Shown here piece after piece: positions 29,541 through 39,193 of a stretch of DNA of 64,000 nucleotides. The stretch comes from Nitrospirota bacterium (GTDB taxonomy: Bacteria > Nitrospirota > Thermodesulfovibrionia > UBA6902), in NCBI GenBank assembly GCA_016213945.1, contig JACQZF010000001.1:5831-69830 (forward strand), in the 5' to 3' direction. A program made the position numbers and the translations under genes. The notes below the pieces were generated by a model. The model searched no databases, was not told the DNA's origin, and saw only the letters and a list, made by a program, of their open reading frames with translations. Numbering within the stretch: the first letter of the stretch is position 1; every line of letters starts with the position of its first letter.

Positions 29541-30461
29541 TTATATTTCAATTGTTCCGTCAAAAACCTTCACTGCATCACCCGTCATATAAACATGATC
29601 GTCCTGTGCAGGCCAGTCAATGAGGAGCTTGCCTCCGGGAAGATGCATGGTGACTTTTCTGCCGGTCAACCCCAGCAGTGCTGAAGCAACCGCTGAGGCG
29701 GAAGCGCCTGTACCGCAGGCCATTGTCTCCCCTGCCCCTCTCTCCCAGACTCTCATCTTAATGTTTTTCCTGTTCAGTATTTGTATGAATTCAACATTCG
29801 TCCTGTTTGGAAAAAGCCTGTGGTTTTCGATAATGGGGCCATATTGTTCCACAGGAAATTTCCCGACATCTTTAACAACAATCACCGCATGGGGATTGCC
29901 CATGGAAACACAAGTGATCCTGAATGTCTTATCAGCTATTTTTAATGGATAATTGATAACAGGTTTAGGGTTACTCCCCCGTTGCCCCCCCTTACAAAGG
30001 GTAGGATTTAACTTCTGACTTCTGACTTCTGACTTCTGACTTACTTTCACCGGTATCTTCTCCGCTTCAAGCACTGGCTCTCCCATGTCGACTTCTATAA
30101 GGCTGCCGGTTTTTTTCAGATTCTTGGTCCCCGCAAGGGTCTCTACAGTTAGAACATCAATAAACGATTTTTGCTTTTGCGTTATCTTGCTGCGCAGTAT
30201 TTCATGCCATATGTATTGCCCCAGGCACCTTATCCCGTTGCCGCACATTTCAACTTCCGGGCCGTCCGCATTGAATATGCGCATTTTGAAATCAGCTAAT
30301 TCCGAATGACTCAACAGCAGCATCTGGTCAGCGCCGATGCCAAATCTCCTGTCGCAGAGTTTTTTTGCGAGCTCCGGAAGTTTCTTTAAATTCAAATTCC
30401 TGCTATCAATGACAACGAAGTCATTGCCGAGTGAATGCATCTTTGTAAATTGCAGTTTCAT
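29541..30461 (-). CDS. dapF: Diaminopimelate epimerase with an in-frame about 28-aa low-complexity insertion
   Basis: MHSLGNDFVVID and CGNGIRC active-site Cys motifs. 306 aa versus about 275-285 typical. The extra segment SQKSEVRSQKLNPTLCKGGQRGSNPKPV is encoded by the repeat at 29968..30039. Confidence 0.8.
   Translation of the reverse strand: MKLQFTKMHSLGNDFVVIDSRNLNLKKLPELAKKLCDRRFGIGADQMLLLSHSELADFKMRIFNADGPEVEMCGNGIRCLGQYIWHEILRSKITQKQKSFIDVLTVETLAGTKNLKKTGSLIEVDMGEPVLEAEKIPVKVSQKSEVRSQKLNPTLCKGGQRGSNPKPVINYPLKIADKTFRITCVSMGNPHAVIVVKDVGKFPVEQYGPIIENHRLFPNRTNVEFIQILNRKNIKMRVWERGAGETMACGTGASASAVASALLGLTGRKVTMHLPGGKLLIDWPAQDDHVYMTGDAVKVFDGTIEI
30012..30039. repeat. Tandem heptamer (CTTCTGA)x4 inside dapF, adjacent to a degenerate R2-like G/C element (29968..30004)
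   Basis: cttctgacttctgacttctgacttctga preceded by gggttactcccccgttgcccccccttacaaagggtagg, which resembles CCCCCTTTTTCAAAGGGGG of family R2. Confidence 0.7.
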
Positions 30462-31717
30462 TTTAAAAACTCCGGCATCTTTGTCTCCTTTATTAAATCC
30501 TTGTAAGTCTCTCTTTCACGGATTACAAAAAATTTATTCCCTTTAACCAGGACCTCAGCGACCCTGGGCCTGCCGTTGTAGTTTGAACTCATGGAGAACC
30601 CGTATGCACCGGCGCTCATAACAGCGAGCAGATCTCCAGCACGGGGAGCGTTAATCTTTCTCCCCTTCGCAAAGAAGTCGCCTGATTCGCATATCGGGCC
30701 GACTACGTCAACAAGCGCGAGCGGACGGTTGTTCTTTGCCACGTGCTGAATGTGATGGTAAGCATCGTACAGGCTCGGCCTTATGAGGTCGTTCATACCG
30801 GCGTCAACAATCACAAATTCCTTCTTGTGATGCTTTTTCAGATAAAGGACTTTTGTAACAAGCATCCCGGCGTTTCCGACAATGGACCTTCCCGGTTCAA
30901 TGATCAATGTAAAGTCATGCAGCTTTATCAGAGGCAGTATCGCCTTTGCAAGGTCCTTAGGCTGGGGCAGGTCCTCTTCCATGTTATAAGGGATCCCAAG
31001 GCCGCCGCCCATGTCAAGGTATTTAATTTCTATCCCCCGTGATTTCAATTCCTGCGCGAGCGCCAGGACCTTCTTTAACGCGTCAACAAAAGGGGTGATC
31101 CTGGTGATCTGGGAGCCTATGTGCTTGTGGATCCCGATGACCTTTATGTTCCTGAGCTTGTCTGCCAGGGTGTAATATTCAACCGCCTCATGGATCGGGA
31201 TGCCGAATTTGTGCTTCTTCAATCCCGTTGAAATATACGGATGCGTGGATGCGTTTATGTCGGGATTAACTCTCAGCGCTATCGGCGCCTTCACTCCGAG
31301 CTTCCCGGCTATCCTGTCAATGGCTGTCAACTCGTCAGAGGATTCTATATTGAACATGAGGATGCCGGATTTCAGGGCGTATGCAATTTCTTTTTCAGTC
31401 TTGCCGACCCCGGCATAAACAATTTTTTTGGCGGGTATGCCGGCTTTCAAGGCAAAGAAAAGCTCGCCGCCTGAGACAACGTCCGCGCCGCTTCCGGATT
31501 TTGCGAGAAGCCTTAAGATCGCCGGATTCGAATTCGCCTTCAGTGCAAAGCAGATCACATTTGGATAACCATCGAATGCCTCTTCATAAGCCTTGTAATG
31601 GTTAACAAGGGTATCGTGACTGTAGATGTAAACAGGCGAGCCTGCAGCTTCAACTATCTTCTTAACAGGAACGTTCTCTGCGTACAGTTCGGATTTTTTG
31701 TAATTAAAACAATTCAT
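30458..31717 (-). CDS. lysA: Diaminopimelate decarboxylase
   Basis: 419 aa Orn/DAP/Arg decarboxylase fold. PLP-Lys region CFALKANSNPAIL. C-terminal GAYGFSMSSNYNGRPR. Confidence 0.85.
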   Translation of the reverse strand: MNCFNYKKSELYAENVPVKKIVEAAGSPVYIYSHDTLVNHYKAYEEAFDGYPNVICFALKANSNPAILRLLAKSGSGADVVSGGELFFALKAGIPAKKIVYAGVGKTEKEIAYALKSGILMFNIESSDELTAIDRIAGKLGVKAPIALRVNPDINASTHPYISTGLKKHKFGIPIHEAVEYYTLADKLRNIKVIGIHKHIGSQITRITPFVDALKKVLALAQELKSRGIEIKYLDMGGGLGIPYNMEEDLPQPKDLAKAILPLIKLHDFTLIIEPGRSIVGNAGMLVTKVLYLKKHHKKEFVIVDAGMNDLIRPSLYDAYHHIQHVAKNNRPLALVDVVGPICESGDFFAKGRKINAPRAGDLLAVMSAGAYGFSMSSNYNGRPRVAEVLVKGNKFFVIRERETYKDLIKETKMPEFLK

Positions 31718-31776
31718 GGTTGTTTAATGCATGTTGATATAAGATTTGCCATATCTCTAATATTCCGGCGCGGCAT

Positions 31777-31863
31777 GTCATTCCGACTTGTTCGGAATCT
31801 TTCTTTATTGTTTTAGCGAATCAGCCTGGACCGAAAGAAGGATTCCCGACAAGCGGGAATGAC
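31777..31863. repeat. MITE/REP-like double-hairpin repeat, family R1, copy 3 (long spacer)
   Basis: GTCATTCCGACTTGTTCGGAATC ...47 nt... GATTCCCGACAAGCGGGAATGAC, in the divergent lysA/tilS promoter region. Confidence 0.75.
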
Positions 31864-31924
31864 ATACAATTCAACTTTCCTCTTTACTTTCTGATTCTAT
31901 TTTTAAGTTATAATTAATCTGCTT

Positions 31925-33373
31925 ATGGAACTCCTGAAAAAAGTAAAAGAGACAATCAGCAAATACTCAATGCTTTCAGAAGGTGATTGCGTCCTTATAG
32001 GGCTTTCCGGAGGTCCTGACTCAGTATGCCTTGCCGCTATTTTAGACAAACTAAAAAAGGATTTCAATCTTTCTCTTTCAGCGGTCTATGTAGACCACGG
32101 TCTGAGGCCGGATGAGGTTGAGGCTGAAAAGGCATTTTGCAGAGAATTTTGCGATGGGTTCGGGATCAATTTCTTCTGCGAATCAGTTGATGTCAAAGGT
32201 CATGCAAGTGATACAGGGCTGAGCAAACAGGAAGCCGCAAGGGAACTTCGGTATAAAATATTCGATGAGATTTCAGGGAAGATAAGCGCAACAAAGATAG
32301 CCCTCGGCCACAACGCGGATGATCAGGCGGAGACACTTTTAATGATGGTCCTGCGGGGCGCAGGCAGAAAGGGCTTGGCAGGGATCCCGCCCGTGAGAGA
32401 TATAGCGTTGAGCGTTCAGCGCTCAGCATTAGGCGTCAAAAAAAATGTATTAATAATCAGGCCGCTAATCGAGATTGAACGTAAGGACATTGAAGAATTT
32501 TTTAATTCCGGCCCGTCACCCGTCACCCGTCACCCGTCACTGCCTTTTATGATCGACTCCTCCAACCTCAGGAAAGATTATTTCAGGAACTGGATAAGGC
32601 TCACTGTTATGCCTGAACTCAGGAAAAGAAACCCGTCGCTCGTGCAGAACATCTGCAGGACTATGGACATCCTGCGTGAGGAAGACAACTACCTTGAGAT
32701 CATCGTTACAAAAACGCTCATGAAATTAATAACCAACAAAACCGCCGACACTATAGAACTCTTTCTTGTCCCACTTGAGACTATGGAGAAACCAATATTA
32801 AGACGTGTCCTCAGGAGGGCGATTGATGCAACAGAAGGACTGAGAGAGATCGGCTTTGTTCATATTGAGGACATCATCAATCTCGTAAAGAAAGGCGCGT
32901 CAGGCGACAGGATATATCTGCCGCAGGGCATTAGGGTGATCAAGTCGTATGCCACGTTAAAACTGACATCCGCGCCGCCTGTGAAAATAAATTCTCACAG
33001 CCTCGATGTCCCAGGAGAGCTTGCTTTGAAAGAGGCAGGGGTTGTGATCAAGTCTTCTTTGACGGGCAGCGTGGAAGGTTACGGAGACGGAAAATCAGAT
33101 ATTGTTTTCGACGCGGACAAAATCAACCTGCCGCTGACCGTAAGACACCGGAAAGAAGGCGACTGTTTCTATCCCGCGGGTTTCGGGAAAAGAAAAAAGC
33201 TCCAGGATTTTTTCGTGGATGAAAAGATACCGAGAGACAAAAGGGACGCGGTGCCGGTTGTCGTTTCCGGTGATGACGTTGTCTGGATTGCGGGTTACAG
33301 GGCTGACGGAAGATTCACGGCAACAGACAGGACAGAAAAGTTTTTAAGGCTTATAATATCAAGGATGAAATAA
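31925..33373 (+). CDS. tilS: tRNA(Ile)-lysidine synthetase with an in-frame heptamer-repeat insertion
   Basis: PP-loop LIGLSGGPDSVCLA. 482 aa. Contains (CCGTCAC)x4 encoding SPVTRHPSL. Confidence 0.8.
   Translation: MELLKKVKETISKYSMLSEGDCVLIGLSGGPDSVCLAAILDKLKKDFNLSLSAVYVDHGLRPDEVEAEKAFCREFCDGFGINFFCESVDVKGHASDTGLSKQEAARELRYKIFDEISGKISATKIALGHNADDQAETLLMMVLRGAGRKGLAGIPPVRDIALSVQRSALGVKKNVLIIRPLIEIERKDIEEFFNSGPSPVTRHPSLPFMIDSSNLRKDYFRNWIRLTVMPELRKRNPSLVQNICRTMDILREEDNYLEIIVTKTLMKLITNKTADTIELFLVPLETMEKPILRRVLRRAIDATEGLREIGFVHIEDIINLVKKGASGDRIYLPQGIRVIKSYATLKLTSAPPVKINSHSLDVPGELALKEAGVVIKSSLTGSVEGYGDGKSDIVFDADKINLPLTVRHRKEGDCFYPAGFGKRKKLQDFFVDEKIPRDKRDAVPVVVSGDDVVWIAGYRADGRFTATDRTEKFLRLIISRMK
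32513..32540. repeat. Tandem heptamer (CCGTCAC)x4 inside tilS
   Basis: ccgtcacccgtcacccgtcacccgtcac. Its reverse complement (GTGACGG)n matches the intergenic GTGACGR motif family at 1519, 15437 and 56083. Confidence 0.7.
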
Positions 33374-33391
33374 TAGTCCACAAAATCCCCC

Positions 33392-33459
33392 TTTATCCCC
33401 CTTTTTCAAAGGGGGACTTAAACCCCCTCTTTGGTAAAGAGGGGTTAGGGGAGATTTTA
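33392..33459. repeat. G/C-rich palindromic repeat, family R2, copy B
   Basis: AAAATCCCCCTTTATCCCCCTTTTTCAAAGGGGGACTTAAACCCCCTCTTTGGTAAAGAGGGGTTAGGGGAGATTTTAC, between tilS and gltX. Confidence 0.75.
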
Positions 33460-33485
33460 CAAAACAACTAATTCGGGAGGTTCTT

Positions 33486-34898
33486 TTGACAGAGAAAGTT
33501 AGGGTACGGTTCGCGCCGAGTCCCACCGGGTTCCTTCACATAGGAGGAGCGAGGACGGCGCTTTTTAACTGGCTTTACGCAAAACATAACAGCGGCACTT
33601 TTATATTAAGAATTGAAGACACCGACAGGACGCGCTCCACTGATGAATACATCGAGGCGATCATTGAGGGGATGAAATGGCTCGGGCTCGATTGGGACGA
33701 GGGACCGTTCAGGCAGACAGACAGGTTTGACGTCTACAGGAATTATATTGACAGGCTTGTGCGCGAAGGCAAGGCGTATTATTGTTACTGTTCAGCGGAG
33801 GACCTTGAAGAAAGGCGCAAGCTTGCAATGGCCCTGGGCAAAACACCTACGTATGACGGAAGAGGCAGGAACCTGAAAGAGCCGATCCCGGGTGAGATCC
33901 CAGCTGTCAGATTCAAGATGCCGCAGGAAGGGCATACCGTTGTTGACGATCTGATAATGGGGACAATAGAGTTTGAGAACACACAGCTCGATGACCTCAT
34001 CATCATGAGGTCTGACGGCACGCCGACTTATAATTTCACGGTCGTAGTTGATGACGTGGACATGAAGATCACACACGTTATAAGGGGCGACGACCATTTA
34101 AACAACACTCCCAAACAGATACACATTTACAGGGCGCTGGGCTACAAGACCCCGTTGTTTGCCCACCTGCCGATGATCCTTGGCTCCGACAAGACGCGCC
34201 TTTCAAAGAGGCACGGCGCGACATCCGTCATGGCGTATTACGAAATGGGATACCTGCCTGACGCGCTCGTGAATTATCTTGTGAGGCTCGGGTGGTCACA
34301 CGGGGATAAAGAGGTTTTTACGCGGGAGGAACTTACAGGATATTTCTCTTTTGAGAATGTCGGCAAGGCGGCGTCAATCTTCAATCCCGAAAAACTCCTC
34401 TGGCTGAACAGCCAGTATATTATTCATACACCGACTGAAATACTCGCGGAGCTGGTCATGCCGTTTCTGGTCAAAGAAAACATCATAAGCGAAGATCAGG
34501 ACCTTGATAAGGAATGGCTCTGCAAGGCGATCAATACTTTAAAGGAGCGCTCAAAGACGCTGGTGGAGCTTGCGAATTCCCTGCGCTACTATATCGCCGA
34601 GGAAGTTACATTCAATGAAAAGGCGAAGGAGAAATTCCTGAATGAAAAGAGCCGCGATTTATTAGCTGAGTTAAAAAGCGGCCTTGAATCATCTCCCGAA
34701 TTTTCACACCAGGAACTCGAGAAGATATTCAAGAGTATCGTGGAGAAACACGGCGTCAAGCTCAAAGACCTCGCCCAGCCCGTCCGCGTCGCGTTAACAG
34801 GCGGCACGGAAAGCCCGGGCATATTTGAAGTGCTTGATGTAATCGGCAAAGAAAAAACAATCCGGAGATTAGAGTACGCAATAAAAGCGATCGGGTAA
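33486..34898 (+). CDS. gltX: Glutamyl-tRNA synthetase
   Basis: HIGH motif (PSPTGFLHIGGARTALFNW). KMSKS-type loop (LSKRHG). 470 aa. Confidence 0.9.
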   Translation: MTEKVRVRFAPSPTGFLHIGGARTALFNWLYAKHNSGTFILRIEDTDRTRSTDEYIEAIIEGMKWLGLDWDEGPFRQTDRFDVYRNYIDRLVREGKAYYCYCSAEDLEERRKLAMALGKTPTYDGRGRNLKEPIPGEIPAVRFKMPQEGHTVVDDLIMGTIEFENTQLDDLIIMRSDGTPTYNFTVVVDDVDMKITHVIRGDDHLNNTPKQIHIYRALGYKTPLFAHLPMILGSDKTRLSKRHGATSVMAYYEMGYLPDALVNYLVRLGWSHGDKEVFTREELTGYFSFENVGKAASIFNPEKLLWLNSQYIIHTPTEILAELVMPFLVKENIISEDQDLDKEWLCKAINTLKERSKTLVELANSLRYYIAEEVTFNEKAKEKFLNEKSRDLLAELKSGLESSPEFSHQELEKIFKSIVEKHGVKLKDLAQPVRVALTGGTESPGIFEVLDVIGKEKTIRRLEYAIKAIG

Positions 34899-35026
34899 AT
34901 GAGATTGGACCTAAAGAAGCCGCAAGATAATGCCGAGATAGTGTCAGACACGCTTAACAAAGACAGGAGAGAAATCAGATTTGTGCAGGCTTAATTCAAT
35001 GAACAAAATCTGATATAATCATTACC

Positions 35027-36739
35027 ATGTCAATTTTAGATAAATACATTACCGAACCAAAGATCGCATACTTTTCAATGGAAATCGGGCTGATGGACGA
35101 GATCCCCACCTACTCGGGCGGCCTCGGCGTTCTTGCCGGCGACACAGTGAAGTCCGCAGCGGACCTGAACCTGCCTTTCGTGCCGGTCACGCTTATCAGC
35201 AGAAAGGGATATTTCTACCAGGAGATCGACGTCCAGGGACATCAGATAGAGCGTCCCGCAGTATGGGACCCTGAAAAAATGCTGAAAAAAACCTCCGTCA
35301 AAGTTACCCTTATGATGGAAGGCAGAGATGTTGTTATTCAGTCATGGGTCTACATAGTGCAGAGTCCAAGGGGCAGCAGCGTCCCGGTGATCTATCTTGA
35401 CACCGACCTGCCTGAAAATCATCCTGATGACAGGACGTTGACAGATCACCTCTACGGCGGTGGAGACGATTACAGGTTGAAACAGGAGGCGATCCTCGGC
35501 ATCGGCGGAGTGCGGATGCTCCGCAAGCTCGGGTTCAGGATAAAGAAATATCACATGAACGAAGGTCATGCCGCTTTCTTAACCCTTGAGTTGCTGCATA
35601 AGTTTAAAAAAGATATCGAAGCAGTCTGGGACGAATCCCAGATATGGGACACCGAAGCAGTAAAAGACCTGTGCGTGTTCACCACCCACACACCTGTTGA
35701 GGCGGGTCACGACAAGTTTTCCTATGAACTTTACAATAAGGTGTTTGGAGACTATTTTCCGGAAAAGATCCTGAAACGGTTAGCCGGGGACAGTAAGATC
35801 AACATGACGCTTCTTGGTTTTAACCTGAGCAAGTACGTCAACGGTGTTGCGAAGAAACATGGGGAAGTGTCCCAGTCAATGTTCCCCGGTTATATTATCA
35901 ATGCAATAACAAACGGCGTGCACTCTTACACATGGACCTGCGACAGCATGAAAAAGGTCTTTGATAAATATCTCCTCGGCTGGGCCAACGAGCCTGAGAT
36001 TTTCGTAAGGGTTGGAGCGATCCCTGACGAGGAATTATGGGCGGCCCACATGGAAGCAAAGAAAAAGCTGATCTACTATGTCAACTCCCTGTCGGATGCC
36101 GGGATGGATCCCGACACCCTGACAATAGGTTTTGCGAGAAGGGCCACTGCTTACAAAAGGGCGGACCTTTTATTCACCGATATAAAGAGGCTTGAAAAAA
36201 TAGGCAAAGGTAAGATCCAGATCATCTACGCGGGAAAGGCCCATCCGAAAGATACCGTCGGCAAACAGTTGATTGAGAAGATATTCGCTTACAAACAGGA
36301 ACTGAAGGGAAAGATCAAGATAGCCTTTATCCAGAATTACAATATGGAAGTTGCTTTAAAACTCGCCTCCGGCGTGGACATCTGGCTGAATACCCCCCTG
36401 CGCCCGCTCGAAGCGTCAGGCACAAGCGGCATGAAGGCGGCTCATAACGGAGTGATGAACTTCAGCGTGCTTGACGGCTGGTGGATAGAAGGGCATATAG
36501 AAGGTTTTACAGGATGGTCAATCGGCCCTGCCCCGACAGAGATAAGGCCCGACAATAATATGAATAAAATAGACGCCGAAGACCTCTACCATAAACTTGG
36601 AGACATAATAATTCCCCTCTACTACAATGACCGCAAGACCTGGGTAAGGATGATGCAGAACGCCATCGGCAAGAACGCCTACTATTTCAACAGCCACAGG
36701 ATGATGCGCAGGTACGTCACTGAAGCTTATATCAGATAA
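35027..36739 (+). CDS. Alpha-glucan phosphorylase family protein (short GlgP/MalP-like)
   Basis: PLP-lysine signature EASGTSGMKAAHNG. GT35 family length of about 570 aa. Confidence 0.8.
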   Translation: MSILDKYITEPKIAYFSMEIGLMDEIPTYSGGLGVLAGDTVKSAADLNLPFVPVTLISRKGYFYQEIDVQGHQIERPAVWDPEKMLKKTSVKVTLMMEGRDVVIQSWVYIVQSPRGSSVPVIYLDTDLPENHPDDRTLTDHLYGGGDDYRLKQEAILGIGGVRMLRKLGFRIKKYHMNEGHAAFLTLELLHKFKKDIEAVWDESQIWDTEAVKDLCVFTTHTPVEAGHDKFSYELYNKVFGDYFPEKILKRLAGDSKINMTLLGFNLSKYVNGVAKKHGEVSQSMFPGYIINAITNGVHSYTWTCDSMKKVFDKYLLGWANEPEIFVRVGAIPDEELWAAHMEAKKKLIYYVNSLSDAGMDPDTLTIGFARRATAYKRADLLFTDIKRLEKIGKGKIQIIYAGKAHPKDTVGKQLIEKIFAYKQELKGKIKIAFIQNYNMEVALKLASGVDIWLNTPLRPLEASGTSGMKAAHNGVMNFSVLDGWWIEGHIEGFTGWSIGPAPTEIRPDNNMNKIDAEDLYHKLGDIIIPLYYNDRKTWVRMMQNAIGKNAYYFNSHRMMRRYVTEAYIR

Positions 36740-36751
36740 AAATGGGGTAAT

Positions 36752-37630
36752 TCAGTTCGTCAAGATTCTTAATATCCCCTGATACCTTTCGGAAGTCTTT
36801 TTCACTATATCCTCAGGCAGCTCAGGTCCTGGAGGGGTTTGGTCCCAGTCCAGCGTTAGTAAATAATCCCTGACGATCTGCTTGTCAAAGCTGTCCTGGC
36901 TTCTGCCGGGGGCGTAGTCTTTTATGCCCCAGAAGCGGGAGGAATCAGGTGTGAGCAGTTCGTCAATGAGAGTTATTTCGTTATTGTAAATACCGAACTC
37001 CATCTTCGTGTCGGCAATGATTATTCCTTTTTTCTCCGCGTAATCCCTCGCCCGCCCGTAAACCTTCAGTGTCAGGGTTTTTAATTTTGCGGCAGTATCA
37101 TCGCCGATGATTTCTCTCACCTCGTCAAAAGAAATATTTATATCATGCCCTGCGTCAGCCTTTGTGCTCGGGGTAAAAATGGGCTGCTCGATCTTTGAAG
37201 ATTCGCTCATACCGGCAGGGAGTTTTATCCCGCAGACAGTGCCGTCCTTTTGATACGACTTCCAGCCGCTTCCTGAAAGATAGCCCCGGACTATGCACTC
37301 AACAGGCACGACCTTTGCCTTTTTTACAAGGAGGCTCCTGCCTTCAAGGGTATCTTTGTACTTCTGGAGTTTCTGAGGGAAGTCTTTTACATCGGTTGCG
37401 ACAATGTGATTTTTGACAATGTCCTCCATCATCTTAAACCAGAACACGGAGATGGCGGTAAGGACCGTTCCTTTGCCGGGAATTCCGTTTGGCAGCACAA
37501 CGTCGAAGGCCGAGACCCTGTCTGTCACCACAAGCAGGAGGTGCTCTCCGAGGTCGTAAATGTCCCTCACCTTCCCGCGCCGTGGGACGCCGATGTCGGG
37601 CATCTCTGTTTTTAAAACGATGTCTCTCAT
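36752..37630 (-). CDS. purC: Phosphoribosylaminoimidazole-succinocarboxamide (SAICAR) synthase
   Basis: N-terminal [25 protein letters not shown] motif of the PurC family; 292 aa. Confidence 0.85.
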   Translation of the reverse strand: MRDIVLKTEMPDIGVPRRGKVRDIYDLGEHLLLVVTDRVSAFDVVLPNGIPGKGTVLTAISVFWFKMMEDIVKNHIVATDVKDFPQKLQKYKDTLEGRSLLVKKAKVVPVECIVRGYLSGSGWKSYQKDGTVCGIKLPAGMSESSKIEQPIFTPSTKADAGHDINISFDEVREIIGDDTAAKLKTLTLKVYGRARDYAEKKGIIIADTKMEFGIYNNEITLIDELLTPDSSRFWGIKDYAPGRSQDSFDKQIVRDYLLTLDWDQTPPGPELPEDIVKKTSERYQGILRILTN

Positions 37631-37880
37631 AAGAATAAAAAATAATACACTATCGGGGGGGGTTTTATCAAAGTAAATTCCCGTATGCTAAAATATCCCG
37701 TTAGTAAAAAAAATAACACGCGGAAAGGGCAGAGATTATTTTACTTGACCATCCACAGATTAACGCAGATTTATTTAATACATAATTAGTTCTCTGTTAT
37801 TTCAAATCTGTGTAATCTACGAAATCTGCGGACAAACTTATTCTCTGTGTTCTCTGTGGTTAATTTGACAGGAGGCAATC

Positions 37881-39137
37881 ATGGACATAAAATCATTCGT
37901 TCTGAAAAAGGCACAGGAAGCAAAAGAAGGCGCGCGGGCAATTGCGAAGATTTCGTCTGAGCGGAAAAACTCTGCTCTGATAAAAATGGCTGATGCCCTG
38001 AAAAAGAAGACAAAGGAACTTCAGAGGGAAAACAGGAAAGACCTTGCAGCAGCGCAGAAGAAAGGCCTGTCAAAGGCAATGATCGACCGGCTCACCCTGA
38101 CCACTCAGAGGATTGAAGACATGGCAAAGGGGTTGATCGAGATCGCTGCCCTGCCCGACCCTGTCGGCGAGATAATTAAAATGTGGAGAAGGCCTAACGG
38201 CATGGAAGTCGGCAGGATGCGCGTGCCGATCGGGACCATAGCGATAATCTATGAGTCAAGGCCGAACGTGACAGCGGACGCAACAGGATTGTGTTTGAAA
38301 GCAGGAAACGCTGTGATACTTCGCGGAGGTTCAGAGGCGATAAACTCAAACCTGGCGATAGTGAATATCTTAAGGGGCGTGCTGAGGTCCGAGGGCATTC
38401 ACGAAGGAGTGGTGACCTTCATCAATATTCCCGACAGGGAAGCGGTGATGGAGATGCTGAAACTCGAAGGGACCATCGACCTCGTCATTCCGCGCGGCGG
38501 TGAAGGGCTTATCAGGGCGGTCACGGAAAATTCGCGTATCCCCGTGCTCAAGCATTACAAAGGCGTGTGCCACGTGTTTGTTGACCGCGATGCCGATTTC
38601 AGGATGGCTGAGGATATTTGCTTTAACGCTAAGGTCCAGCGTCCCGGGACATGCAATGCCATGGAGACAATGCTCGTTGACGGAAAGATCGCGAGGAAAT
38701 TTCTGCCGGCGGCGATCAAGAGATTCAAAGACGCCGGTGTCTTGCTTAAAGGCTGTCCCGCGACACTTAAAATTGATAAGTCTCTTGAGGCGGCCAAAGA
38801 GGAAGACTTCCACGCTGAATATCTCGACAAGATTTTAAACATTAAAATAGTCAAAGATGTAGACGATGCAATGGAGCACATCGCAAAATACAGCTCCGCG
38901 CATACGGATTCAATCGTCACAAAAGATTACGGCAAGGCCATGAGGTTCCTCCGCGAGGTGGATTCCGCCTCAGTATTTGTGAATGCGTCAACGAGGTTGA
39001 GCGATGGCTTCCAGTTCGGCCTCGGCGCGGAGATGGGCATCTCAACCGACAAGATCCACGCCCGCGGCCCCATGGGGCTTGAGGAACTTACCTGCACAAA
39101 ATTCATTGTCTTCGGCAGCGGACAACTGAGAGTGTGA
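37881..39137 (+). CDS. proA: Gamma-glutamyl phosphate reductase (glutamate-5-semialdehyde dehydrogenase)
   Basis: 418 aa ALDH-fold with ProA-type layout. Catalytic Cys region GTCNAMETMLV. RBS GGAGG upstream. Confidence 0.85.
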   Translation: MDIKSFVLKKAQEAKEGARAIAKISSERKNSALIKMADALKKKTKELQRENRKDLAAAQKKGLSKAMIDRLTLTTQRIEDMAKGLIEIAALPDPVGEIIKMWRRPNGMEVGRMRVPIGTIAIIYESRPNVTADATGLCLKAGNAVILRGGSEAINSNLAIVNILRGVLRSEGIHEGVVTFINIPDREAVMEMLKLEGTIDLVIPRGGEGLIRAVTENSRIPVLKHYKGVCHVFVDRDADFRMAEDICFNAKVQRPGTCNAMETMLVDGKIARKFLPAAIKRFKDAGVLLKGCPATLKIDKSLEAAKEEDFHAEYLDKILNIKIVKDVDDAMEHIAKYSSAHTDSIVTKDYGKAMRFLREVDSASVFVNASTRLSDGFQFGLGAEMGISTDKIHARGPMGLEELTCTKFIVFGSGQLRV

Positions 39138-39193
39138 GGCAGTTTAATACGATAATGCTGTCATGCATTTGAGTGCGTTAACAGGTTATCTGC

